Below, piece by piece: positions 38,149-46,424 of a stretch of DNA of 64,000 nucleotides. The notes beneath the pieces are model-generated. The model was given only the letters and a program-made list of their open reading frames with translations, searched no databases and was not told the origin of the DNA. The stretch comes from Minisyncoccia bacterium (GTDB lineage Bacteria > Patescibacteriota > Minisyncoccia > Phycocordibacterales > UBA9973). Numbering within the stretch: position 1 is the first letter of the stretch; each line of letters opens with the position of its first letter. Location of the stretch: positions 35,776 through 99,775 of the forward strand of contig JBGATK010000001.1 of the NCBI GenBank assembly GCA_044229265.1. The letters run 5' to 3'. A program made the position numbers and the translations under genes.

Positions 38149-40267
38149 TTTTATCAGGTGCAAAAAAGTTTTTGTCTGCTTCTTTGATTGAAAGTCCAAC
38201 TTTACCTCTTTCTTTGTCTACAGAAATAACTTTCACTGGGACTATCATACCTGCTTTTATTATACTATCTACTCGTTCAACACGGAAAGGTGCTATCTCA
38301 GATACATGCACCATACCATCAGTAAAATCATTGAGTTTTACAAAAGCTCCAAATTCTGCGATGCGAACAACTTCTCCTTTTAACATTTCACCTACTTCAA
38401 ATTCGTGAGTCATTTCTTCGACTATGGCTTTAGCTTTTCCGGCAGATCCACCCTTGCCAGTAAAATACACTGTGCCGTCTTCATCGATATCTATGTCCGC
38501 ACCGGAGCGTTCTTTTATTTCTTTAATAGTTTTACCACCAGAACCTATGACCATACCTATCTTGTCTGGATTTATTTTTGTAATTAAAATTTCTGGTGCA
38601 TTTGGCGAAATATTTGGCCTGTGAGTAGGTATTTCTTTTGTAATAGTTTCGAGGATTGTGTGTCTTGCTTTCTTACCAGCCTCAAGAGCTTCTGCAAGAA
38701 TTTTTATCGGCACACCATCTACCTTTACGTCGAGTTGTATTGCTGTAACTCCTTCCTTTGTTCCTGCAACTTTGAAATCCATATCACCATGATGGTCTTC
38801 AGGGCCTTGGATGTCAGTGAGGACTTTGTACGCGTTATCATTTTCATACATCAGCCCCATCGCAATTCCAGCCACAGGATTTTTTATTGGCACACCGCCG
38901 TCCATGAGGGCAAGAGTTGATGCACAAATACTTGCCTGTGAAGTCGAACCATTGGAAGCCATACTTTCAGAAACAATACGGACAGTATATGGGAATTCTT
39001 CTTTACTTGGTAGAACCATAAGTAATGCTTTTTCTGCGAGTGCTCCGTGCCCCACTTCACGACGATTTGTGAATCCTGATCTTCCCGGTTCGCCAGCAGA
39101 AAATGGAGGAAAGTTATAGTGATGCATAAACCTACGAGAAGACGTAACGTCCATACCATTTACTTCTTGTTTATCACCAGGACCTCCGAGAGTGAGTGCC
39201 GAGAGCACATGTGTTCCACCTCTGTAAAAAATACCAGATCCGTGAAGTATAGAGGAAAGTCCTCCGGCTTGCGCATACAGCTCGCGAACTTCGTCCATAG
39301 CTCTACCGTCTGCTCTTTTATTTTCTTTGATAGCTTTCTCGTGCAAAATATTGTTTTCTGTTTCATCAAATAGATTTTCTTCAGGAGCAAAGCTATCACG
39401 GTCGCTATTTGCATATTTTTCTTTAAATAATTTTTTCCATTCATCATGCAATGCTTCTATTTTTACTTTTCCAGCACCTGCAAAAATCGCTTCTTCCATT
39501 TTTGGCAAAATATTTTCATTAAAAAGCGCTGCAGACTCAGCTGAAATCTCTTCATGCTCTATTACCCTTTTTATTTTGCCTATTTCAGCAACGATTTTCT
39601 TTTGAAATTCTTCGAGTTTTGTAATTTCAGCACTTGCGAGCTCAAGCGCCTGCACTAATTCAGCTTCAGGTACTTGCCGAGCTGCCGCTTCGATCATATT
39701 TATGGTTCCAGCGCGTCCGCACACAGTCAGGTCGTACTGATACGGGTATTCTTCGGCGCGCAGTGTCATACCAGCATTGATTTGCATATTTTGACCATCG
39801 TATTTCCCAACTCTCACACAACCAATAGGTCCAGCCCAAGGAATATCAGATACTGCAAGGGCGAGGGACGCTGCATTTACTGCAAGCATTGCTGTATCAT
39901 TATCATCACAAGCGAGCACAGTAGTTATTACTTGCACGGCATGACGAATTCTTTGATCAAAAAGTGGGCGAATTGTTCGGTCTATAACTCGACTAGCTAG
40001 TATAGCTTCAGTAGAAGGTTTACCTTCACGGCGCACATATTGTGAACCCAAGATTTTACCTGAAGCATAAAACTTCTCCGCATAATCTACAGTTAAATTA
40101 AAAAAACCGAGTCCTGCTTGAGGCTCTTTGCTCATACAAGCAGTAGCGAGCACGATACTCTCGCCATATTTAAGCATTACCGAACCATGAGCTTGGTCTG
40201 TCAAATCACTAAAAATAGCAGTAAGCATCTTGCCCCCTATCTCTACACTAAATTCTTTTTTATTCAT
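38138..40267 (-). CDS. pnp: Polyribonucleotide nucleotidyltransferase (PNPase)
   Basis: 709 aa; two RNase PH domains, KH (...GSGGKTIKEIKERSG...) and S1 (GEMLKGEVVRIAEFGAFVKL). Confidence 0.95.
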   Translation of the reverse strand: MNKKEFSVEIGGKMLTAIFSDLTDQAHGSVMLKYGESIVLATACMSKEPQAGLGFFNLTVDYAEKFYASGKILGSQYVRREGKPSTEAILASRVIDRTIRPLFDQRIRHAVQVITTVLACDDNDTAMLAVNAASLALAVSDIPWAGPIGCVRVGKYDGQNMQINAGMTLRAEEYPYQYDLTVCGRAGTINMIEAAARQVPEAELVQALELASAEITKLEEFQKKIVAEIGKIKRVIEHEEISAESAALFNENILPKMEEAIFAGAGKVKIEALHDEWKKLFKEKYANSDRDSFAPEENLFDETENNILHEKAIKENKRADGRAMDEVRELYAQAGGLSSILHGSGIFYRGGTHVLSALTLGGPGDKQEVNGMDVTSSRRFMHHYNFPPFSAGEPGRSGFTNRREVGHGALAEKALLMVLPSKEEFPYTVRIVSESMASNGSTSQASICASTLALMDGGVPIKNPVAGIAMGLMYENDNAYKVLTDIQGPEDHHGDMDFKVAGTKEGVTAIQLDVKVDGVPIKILAEALEAGKKARHTILETITKEIPTHRPNISPNAPEILITKINPDKIGMVIGSGGKTIKEIKERSGADIDIDEDGTVYFTGKGGSAGKAKAIVEEMTHEFEVGEMLKGEVVRIAEFGAFVKLNDFTDGMVHVSEIAPFRVERVDSIIKAGMIVPVKVISVDKERGKVGLSIKEADKNFFAPDKNGN

Positions 40268-40274
40268 ATTTTTT

Positions 40275-40320
40275 CTTGCCCCGACCTTGCGTCGGGGTTG
40301 TGTCCATACCCGGTATGGAC
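40275..40320. repeat. pnp 5' leader hairpins: cttg ccccgac-cttgc-gtcgggg, then gtccatacc-cgg-tatggac
   Basis: Read directly; first hairpin 40279-40297 (with the cttg prefix, 40275-40297), second 40302-40320; GC-rich structures immediately upstream of the pnp ATG. Confidence 0.5.
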
Positions 40321-40469
40321 ATTAGTTCGTGGACAGACTGGAGTATTGTTTCATACATATATATATGTACAAACACTACTATGTGTCTACCCGCGAACCG
40401 ATTAACTTGTAAAATATCTCAATACTCTTGAAATATGTTTTTATACTAGCATTTTGAAGATTTAAAATC

Positions 40470-40497
40470 AAAAAAAACCTCATACAAATACGAGGTC
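40470..40497 (-). terminator. Intrinsic terminator after the 124-aa gene
   Basis: acctcatacaaatacgaggt preceded on the plus strand by aaaaaaaa. Confidence 0.5.
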
Positions 40498-40521
40498 TTT
40501 CTATAATGACTAATAATGAAT

Positions 40522-40896
40522 TTAGTGAACCATTGATACTGTTCTTCCTTCAATTTTTGATACATAAAGAAAAAATTCAACCCAATCCTCTTTTAGGTAA
40601 CCTAAAAACATGCCTTCATTAAATTCACACCATCTTACACAATCTTTTTCCCACTGTTCTTTAGTGAGTTTACATTTACTTGATCTACCAATTTGGAAAC
40701 GAATAATTCCTAATGACAAACACTCTTTAATCTCTTTTTCCTTAGTATGATCAAAATCTTTGGATTCTAAAAACATTTTGATAATACCTTCTTTAAACCC
40801 TGTGTGATCAGCAAGTGTAGCTAACATTGAAAAGTTTTCAGTACTTATGTTTTGATTTTTAAGTAAAGAAATAGCCATTTCTCTAAAATTTTTCAT
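40522..40896 (-). CDS. Hypothetical protein (Cys-containing)
   Basis: 124 aa ORF; no family recognised; sits between rpsO and pnp. Confidence 0.45.
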   Translation of the reverse strand: MKNFREMAISLLKNQNISTENFSMLATLADHTGFKEGIIKMFLESKDFDHTKEKEIKECLSLGIIRFQIGRSSKCKLTKEQWEKDCVRWCEFNEGMFLGYLKEDWVEFFLYVSKIEGRTVSMVH

Positions 40897-40972
40897 ATCT
40901 GTGTTTTTAATTATAAATTAAACAATATAAATTCCCCCTATTTTTAACACTAAATAAAAAATAATGCAAACT

Positions 40973-41004
40973 AAAAAACCTGAATATGATGTTCAGGTTT
41001 TTTA
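40973..41004. terminator. Bidirectional-looking terminator after the NYN gene
   Basis: aacctgaatatgatgttcaggtt flanked by aaaaa and tttt. Confidence 0.55.
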
Positions 41005-41019
41005 GTTTATTTTTACAAT

Positions 41020-41529
41020 TTATCTAGCGCCGATGATGTATTTGCGAGGATTGTCGGATAGGTCGACGAAGTCGTCGACTGTTTCGATCAGTGCTGAGGA
41101 AGTTGATTTTCCAAAGGAAACCACTTCGACTTGCACACCCATAGTCTGCAAATATTCTACGAGGGGTATATAGTCGCCATCACCACTAATGATGACTACA
41201 GAGTCTAGTCGTGGAGCCATCTTGATGGCATCCACAGTCAAGCCTACATCCCAATCACCCTTTTTTGTACCAGAGTGAAATACTTGCAGGTCTTTTGTCT
41301 TGGTTTCAATGCCGAGCTTTGTAAGGGCTTCGAAAAAATTCTTCTCGTCACCTGCTTCGGTAGTGATGACATAAGCCACAGCTCGCACGAGCTTGCGCCC
41401 TGCTACTGCATCTTTCAAAACCACACCAAAATTTACCCGTCCTTTATATAAATTGCGAGCAGAGTGATACAAATTTTGTGTATCTATGAACACGCCCACA
41501 CGTTGTTCTTTATGTTTAATTACAGTCAT
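41020..41529 (-). CDS. NYN-domain (LabA-like) predicted RNase
   Basis: 169 aa; RVGVFIDTQNLYHSARNLY...VITTEAGDEKNFFEAL...VIISGDGDYIPLVEYLQ shows the NYN acidic motifs; visibly GC-richer than its flanks. Confidence 0.75.
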   Translation of the reverse strand: MTVIKHKEQRVGVFIDTQNLYHSARNLYKGRVNFGVVLKDAVAGRKLVRAVAYVITTEAGDEKNFFEALTKLGIETKTKDLQVFHSGTKKGDWDVGLTVDAIKMAPRLDSVVIISGDGDYIPLVEYLQTMGVQVEVVSFGKSTSSALIETVDDFVDLSDNPRKYIIGAR

Positions 41530-41549
41530 ATATTTAAATTTGTTCTTTA

Positions 41550-41585
41550 CTTGCCCCGTATGAAGCCTATGGCTTTCGTTCGGGG
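41550..41585 (+). repeat. GC hairpin element: cttg ccccg-(tatgaagcctatggctttcgtt)-cgggg
   Basis: Read directly; ccccg/cgggg arms as at 4641 and 40279. Confidence 0.45.
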
Positions 41586-41619
41586 TGTTTTATTACTGTC
41601 ATATATTTTATTAAAAATT

Positions 41620-41681
41620 CTTGTCCTGCGTAGCTTCTTGTCCTCCCGAAACTTTACGTGAAGGAGGATAGCGAAGCAGGG
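41620..41681 (+). repeat. Nested pair of palindromic elements: tcctgcgtagctt [cttg tcctcc-cgaaactttacgtgaa-ggagga] tagcgaagcaggg
   Basis: The outer copy is interrupted between gtagctt and tagcgaa (compare the intact copy at 47450) by a complete inner copy carrying its own cttg prefix. Confidence 0.6.
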
Positions 41682-41710
41682 ATTAAATTCGACCTTTGTT
41701 ATATTTTAGC

Positions 41711-41743
41711 ATACAAATAAATAAACTCCTTTTGAAGGAGTTT
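41711..41743 (-). terminator. Intrinsic terminator after rpsO
   Basis: aaactccttttgaaggagttt adjoining the stop codon, followed on the minus strand by atttatttg. Confidence 0.55.
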
Positions 41744-42005
41744 ATTTAAGTTCTAATTTTTTAGTTAAAGCGTCGTAGCGAGCTTTGTCTTTTCTTTCTA
41801 AGTATTTCAGATGTCCACGGCGATCCGCAACCATCTTGATAAGACCTCGGCGTGAGCCATTGTCTTTCTTGTGCTTCTTCAAATGTTTTGAAAGTTCATC
41901 AATTTGAGCAGACAAAACAGAAACTTGCACTTCGGCAGAGCCAGTATCCTTCTCGTGAACTTGGCTTTTCTTTATTATTGCTTGTTTTTTCTTTGTAGCT
42001 AACAT
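41742..42005 (-). CDS. rpsO: 30S ribosomal protein S15
   Basis: The track ORF extends to 42128; the S15 sequence proper starts at the internal Met (MLATKKKQAIIKK...LKKHKKDNGSRRGLIKMV...RYDALTKKLELK, 88 aa). The upstream extension has no S15 homology. Confidence 0.85.
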   Translation of the reverse strand: MLATKKKQAIIKKSQVHEKDTGSAEVQVSVLSAQIDELSKHLKKHKKDNGSRRGLIKMVADRRGHLKYLERKDKARYDALTKKLELK

Positions 42006-42150
42006 GCTTATAATATAGCATATTTCATAAAAAAATGCAAGGTCTCTGCATTTAATGTGCAGACCGCAGTCCTGAACCGAGCTTTGCTCTGGTTTAGGGC
42101 AATACCTACCCCAAATATTGGGCGACACAATAATATGCTAAAATAATACT

Positions 42151-43098
42151 ATGAAAAACGAGTTATCTAACCTAAAAAGACAATTTCTAGAATACCTGGA
42201 AATAGAAAAAGGTTCTGCGTTGCGCACTATAGAGAATTATGACCATTATTTAACGAAGATTTTTGAAAATGGGGGTTTTGAAAAAGTAGATGATATCACT
42301 CCTGAAGCAATTCGTGAATATCGCCTCAAATTAAATCGCCAAATTAGTGGCAATAACAAAAAATCTGGCAAAACCACTAGCAAAAAAACTCAAAATTACT
42401 ACATGATAGCTCTGCGCATGTTTTTAAAATACTTAGCCAAGCGAGATATCACTGCTATGCCAGCCGATAAAATAGAACTTGCAAAGATTCCCGAACGTTC
42501 ACTCGACTTAATAACTCCCGCTGAACTCTCGCGCCTACTAAACGCACCTCTGCTTCGTCAAGACTTCGCAGGGCAAGCCAAAAATATAGACATAAAAACA
42601 CTTAGAGATAAAGCAATATTGGAATTACTTTTTTCTACAGGACTTCGTGTTTCCGAACTATGCTCACTGACAAATGACATAGATATAAATACCGAAGAGT
42701 TTGCAATTCGTGGAAAAGGCGGAAAGGTTCGCGTGGTGTTCGTATCCGATGAAGCACGCAGTGCTGTAAAAGCTTACCAAAATGCTCGCAAAGACATGAA
42801 TGATGCGATGTTTGTGCAAGTAGGCAAAGAAATAAAAAGCAAAGAACCTACCCCGCTGACCCGCCGATCAATCGAAAGAATTGTAAAAAGTTATGCTACT
42901 AAAGCTGGTATTTATAAAAAAGTTACCCCGCACGTACTGCGACACTCATTTGCCACTGATCTACTTAGTAATGGTGCGGATATTCGCAGTGTGCAAATAA
43001 TGCTCGGCCACGCTAGTATTTCAACTACTCAAGTTTACACTCACCTTACCGACAAACAACTTCGTGATACACATAAAAAATTCCACGGAAAAAGATAA
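42151..43098 (+). CDS. Tyrosine site-specific recombinase XerC/XerD-like
   Basis: 315 aa; N-terminal SAM-like domain; catalytic region ...RDKAILELLFSTGLRVSEL...HVLRHSFATDLLSNGADIRSVQIMLGHASISTTQVYTH. Confidence 0.85.
   Translation: MKNELSNLKRQFLEYLEIEKGSALRTIENYDHYLTKIFENGGFEKVDDITPEAIREYRLKLNRQISGNNKKSGKTTSKKTQNYYMIALRMFLKYLAKRDITAMPADKIELAKIPERSLDLITPAELSRLLNAPLLRQDFAGQAKNIDIKTLRDKAILELLFSTGLRVSELCSLTNDIDINTEEFAIRGKGGKVRVVFVSDEARSAVKAYQNARKDMNDAMFVQVGKEIKSKEPTPLTRRSIERIVKSYATKAGIYKKVTPHVLRHSFATDLLSNGADIRSVQIMLGHASISTTQVYTHLTDKQLRDTHKKFHGKR
42547..42573 (-). repeat. Degenerate palindromic element copy inside the xerC-like CDS (cctctgc-ttcgtcaagacttc-gcaggg)
   Basis: Core ttcgtcaagacttc against ttcgccaaagcttc at 35370; translates in-frame as PLLRQDFAGQA in a variable loop between the two Xer motifs. 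Confidence 0.4.
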
Positions 43099-43234
43099 TA
43101 AATAAATCCAACTTTTGGTAATAATTTTTTAGAGACATTGCGCAGGCGGACGCGCCGAGCATAGCAAATTTTCAGCAGAAAATTATGTGTGTCGATAAAA
43201 AATTGATTAGCAAAAGTTATGCTATTATTAAAAC

Positions 43235-44020
43235 ATGAAAATCATCAGCTGGAACACAAATGGCCTACGCGCTACTATAAAGCAAGGACACTTTGAACCC
43301 TTATTCAAAAAATACAAACCAGACATAGTGTGTTTCCAAGAAACTAAATCTGAAGAAATTCAAATTCCTGAAAAATACAGAAATTTTCTAGGTTATCATT
43401 CTTATTTCTCACATTCCAAAGAAAGAAAGGGCTACAGCGGCACCGCTATTTATTCTAAAGAAAAACCAATAGAAGTTTTTGAAGGCATGGAGAAAATTCT
43501 CGGAAAAAGTGCAAAAATTTTCGATACCGAAGGGCGTCTCCTGACTGCTCGCTATAAAGATTTTACTCTTATCACTGGATACTATCCAAATGGGGGCCAA
43601 GGTCCACACCGCCTCGAATACAAATTAAAATTTTATGATATGTTTTTGAAATTTATTTTAAAACTCCGCGCTGCTGGCGAAAATGTTATTTTCTGCGGAG
43701 ATGTAAACACTGCGCACGAAGCCATCGACCTCGCCCGCCCAAAAGCCAACGAAGAAAATACTGGCTTCCTCCCCATCGAGCGCGCATGGATTACAAAAGT
43801 CATCAAAAATAATTTCCTCGATGTCTGGCGAGAAATGAACCCAAATAAAAAAGATGTCTATACATACTGGGATCAAAAGACTGCTTCGAGGGAACGCAAT
43901 GTCGGCTGGCGTATAGATTACTTTTTTGCAGACAAGCCCCTGATGAAAAAAATAAAATCTGCTGGAATGCTTAGCGACTACATGGGCTCAGACCACTGCC
44001 CTATCTTGCTTGAACTATAA
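43235..44020 (+). CDS. xth: Exodeoxyribonuclease III / AP endonuclease
   Basis: 261 aa; MKIISWNTNGLRA...DIVCFQETK...SDHCPI are ExoIII/EEP motifs. Confidence 0.9.
   Translation: MKIISWNTNGLRATIKQGHFEPLFKKYKPDIVCFQETKSEEIQIPEKYRNFLGYHSYFSHSKERKGYSGTAIYSKEKPIEVFEGMEKILGKSAKIFDTEGRLLTARYKDFTLITGYYPNGGQGPHRLEYKLKFYDMFLKFILKLRAAGENVIFCGDVNTAHEAIDLARPKANEENTGFLPIERAWITKVIKNNFLDVWREMNPNKKDVYTYWDQKTASRERNVGWRIDYFFADKPLMKKIKSAGMLSDYMGSDHCPILLEL
43940..44004. repeat. xth 3' end segment that is duplicated at 45337-45401
   Basis: 65-bp identical match read directly. Confidence 0.8.
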
Positions 44021-44040
44021 AAATAGCTATACTAAAGAAT

Positions 44041-44931
44041 ATGTACAATAACATAGAGAATCCAAATTCCAACAAACAAGTAAGTAGCCAAGTAATGGAA
44101 TCGACAGAAATAGATTTAGATGAAATAAAAATATCTAAATTAAAATCACAAAAGGAAGACATTTTAAATTCAAATAATTTTTCATCTAAGAAAGAAATCT
44201 TGGGTGGCAATATTGGTGACGCAACTTTTGTATCCATAGAAGGTGACGGTAATGGAGTATTTAAACCACACACTAAATATAATTATGACCCAGAAAGAAA
44301 AATGAATTTTATCAATAGCGAGCGAGCAGCATATTTATTTAGTCAGTTTTTAGGTTTTGACATTGTTCCACTCACAATAGTAAAAAATGTAGAATATCGA
44401 AATACTGAGGATAATGATAATGATGTCATCACCCAAATAGGAAGCTTGCAAGAATTTATAGAAAATGCCGAGGAAGGTCGTGAATGCAACATAGCCGAAA
44501 TTCCTAAATTAGAAATTTTAAAACTTCATATTTTTGATATTATTATTGCCAACGACGATAGGCATGGAGCAAATTTTTTAATTAAAAACAATAAAATTTA
44601 TGCTATTGATAACGGATTAGCCCTAAAAAAAACAGACCTTCTTGATATAAATATTGAAAGTAATAGACCGTTAGTAAATAATGACTACTTAATAAAAATT
44701 TCACAAAATGATGAATTACCTGCTGAAATTACTAATAAAATAAAAGAATTACTAAAATGGGAAAATGGTGTAAAAATTTTAAAGCAACAAATAGAAGAGT
44801 TATTAGGGAAAGAAGTAGCAGAAATATCTATAGAAAGATTAAAAATCTTATCAGATTGCATCAATGAAGAAAATAAATTTGACATAAATAATTTTAAACA
44901 ATCAATTCGTGAATTAAAAAGGAAGTCTTAA
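44041..44931 (+). CDS. PI3/PI4-kinase-like atypical kinase domain protein
   Basis: 296 aa; IFDIIIANDDRHGANFLIKNNKIYAIDNGLAL reproduces the catalytic-loop DRHxxN and the activation-loop IDNG(L) spacing typical of type II PI4-kinase-like catalytic domains. Confidence 0.5.
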   Translation: MYNNIENPNSNKQVSSQVMESTEIDLDEIKISKLKSQKEDILNSNNFSSKKEILGGNIGDATFVSIEGDGNGVFKPHTKYNYDPERKMNFINSERAAYLFSQFLGFDIVPLTIVKNVEYRNTEDNDNDVITQIGSLQEFIENAEEGRECNIAEIPKLEILKLHIFDIIIANDDRHGANFLIKNNKIYAIDNGLALKKTDLLDINIESNRPLVNNDYLIKISQNDELPAEITNKIKELLKWENGVKILKQQIEELLGKEVAEISIERLKILSDCINEENKFDINNFKQSIRELKRKS

Positions 44932-44956
44932 ATAGACACACTAACTAATAAAAAAT

Positions 44957-45217
44957 ATGAAATACGTAGAAATATATAAATTGCAAAATAATGGGGATCA
45001 AAAGGTAGTGTTAAAATGCTTTTTACGTGGAGAAAATGTAGAGTTTGAAGGTGAAGGAGAACAATTAGCAAAAAACTTAATCACTGATGGAATCAAGAAC
45101 TATCTTGAAGAATCCATTGAAGCCTTGTATCCCAAAGATGGCTTAAAATTTCTACAAAACATGATGTATAATTTCACTTCTGGATATTTAAATGCATCTG
45201 ATGTGCTAGAACAATAG
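44957..45217 (+). CDS. Small hypothetical protein
   Basis: 86 aa ORF; no family recognised. Confidence 0.35.
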   Translation: MKYVEIYKLQNNGDQKVVLKCFLRGENVEFEGEGEQLAKNLITDGIKNYLEESIEALYPKDGLKFLQNMMYNFTSGYLNASDVLEQ

Positions 45218-45233
45218 AAACCCAGAAACTCAA

Positions 45234-45326
45234 ATCCTAGCGACAAAAAATAAACTTTTGCTATAATATAAATATGCTTAAATCAACAAGGCTCGATGAA
45301 CTCGCCGACGGTATCTTTGCTATTTT
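45234..45326. repeat. Duplicate of the MscS-3'/DUF1211-5' junction (copy of 46332-46424)
   Basis: 93 bp with one mismatch; includes the TATAAT and ATG of the DUF1211 gene. Confidence 0.8.
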
Positions 45327-45420
45327 AATGACAACTCTGATGAAAAAAATAAAATCTGCTGGAATGCTTAGCGACTACATGGGCTCAGACCACTGCCCTA
45401 TAAGTCTTGAATTAAAATAA
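45274..45420 (+). pseudogene. Chimeric remnant ORF: the first ~22 codons of the DUF1211 gene fused to the last ~26 codons of xth
   Basis: Own translation MLKSTRLDELADGIFAILMTTLMKKIKSAGMLSDYMGSDHCPISLELK; the junction lies in a shared ctgatgaaaaaaataaaatc microhomology. Confidence 0.55.
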
Positions 45421-45429
45421 AATTTAACA

Positions 45430-45478
45430 TTTAGAATTTTTGTGTTATACCCGTACACTTAAATTTGTAAAAAATTAA
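45430..45478 (+). promoter_or_regulatory. Imperfect 17-bp inverted repeat with a 12-nt spacer upstream of the MscS-like gene (candidate operator)
   Basis: tatacccgtacacttaa - atttgtaaaaaa - ttaagtgttggggtata. Confidence 0.25.
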
Positions 45479-45491
45479 GTGTTGGGGTATA

Positions 45492-46352
45492 TTGAAAAAT
45501 ATGGATATTTTTGAATTTTTTGGACAATTTAATACCCACCAAACTACAATACTTTGGGTTTTGTTTGGACTTCTTATCATAGAAGTTTATTTACGCATAG
45601 CCAAAAAGAAACTCAAAGTAAAATATAAATACAATAAAGATAAAGTCGAAGATTTTGAAGACATGGAAAAGATCTGGATTGAGTATTACAAAAAGAATCA
45701 AAATTTATTCGTCATTCGTGTTATCAGTATTTTTATCGCCATAGCGGTAATATTGGTGAGTTTTGATGTAAATGCTTTTAATTTGCTCGCAGTAGTAGCC
45801 GGTGCGACGATAATTATTTTCCGTGATTATATATTTTCTTTTATTACATTTTTCTATATAATTTCTATCTATAAAATCGGTGATGACGTAAAAACAGATA
45901 CAATCTTAGGAGAAATACTACGCATCAATCCCCTGTATGTAGCCATAGCCGGTAAAGATGAAGATGGTGAATACAATGGCAAATTACATCGTGTTCCAAA
46001 TAGTATTTTCATTACTCAAAAAATAGAAGCCCAAGAACTAAAAGCAGATGATTATCGTAGAGTAATGATAACTGCAGTATTTTCAACTGAAAAATTCATG
46101 GATGGTTTTAGTATATGGTTAGACAAAGTAAGAAATTTCTTAGAAGAAACATTGCCAGCTCGCACACTAGAACGTGTAGGACATTTTAAAGGATATCTAG
46201 GTGTAAAATATAAAATTAATTTTGATTATAATGATAAAGGTGATACAGTGGTGCGCATTTCATTCATTGCTCGCCCACCAAAAAATATAGAACTAAAAGA
46301 AAAAATCATAGAATATATTGAAACTCTACGTAATCCTAGCGACAAAAAATAA
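45492..46352 (+). CDS. Mechanosensitive ion channel, MscS family
   Basis: 286 aa; transmembrane helices, then IYKIGDDVKTDTILGEILRINPLYVAIAGKDEDGEYNGKLHRVPNSIF matches the MscS beta-domain pattern (V.IG...G.V..I.LR.T..R..DG....IPNS). Confidence 0.7.
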   Translation: MKNMDIFEFFGQFNTHQTTILWVLFGLLIIEVYLRIAKKKLKVKYKYNKDKVEDFEDMEKIWIEYYKKNQNLFVIRVISIFIAIAVILVSFDVNAFNLLAVVAGATIIIFRDYIFSFITFFYIISIYKIGDDVKTDTILGEILRINPLYVAIAGKDEDGEYNGKLHRVPNSIFITQKIEAQELKADDYRRVMITAVFSTEKFMDGFSIWLDKVRNFLEETLPARTLERVGHFKGYLGVKYKINFDYNDKGDTVVRISFIARPPKNIELKEKIIEYIETLRNPSDKK

Positions 46353-46424
46353 ACTTTTGCTATAATATAAATATGCTCAAATCAACAAGGCTCGATGAAC
46401 TCGCCGACGGTATCTTTGCTATTG
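46332..46424. repeat. Original MscS-3'/DUF1211-5' junction (duplicated at 45234-45326)
   Basis: See 45234-45326. Confidence 0.8.

Noticed and set aside
42006-42128. N-terminal extension of the rpsO track ORF (the first 41 residues)
   Set aside because: It has no S15 homology. The internal Met yields a standard 88-aa S15, and the extension instead overlaps the structured rpsO leader and the divergent xerC promoter region.
43137-43166. GC-rich patch gcgcaggcggacgcgccgagc between xerC and xth as another palindromic-element copy
   Set aside because: It does not fold into the 6-bp-arm plus core pattern and lacks the GAAGCTTTAGCGAA-like core. At most it is a highly degenerate relic.
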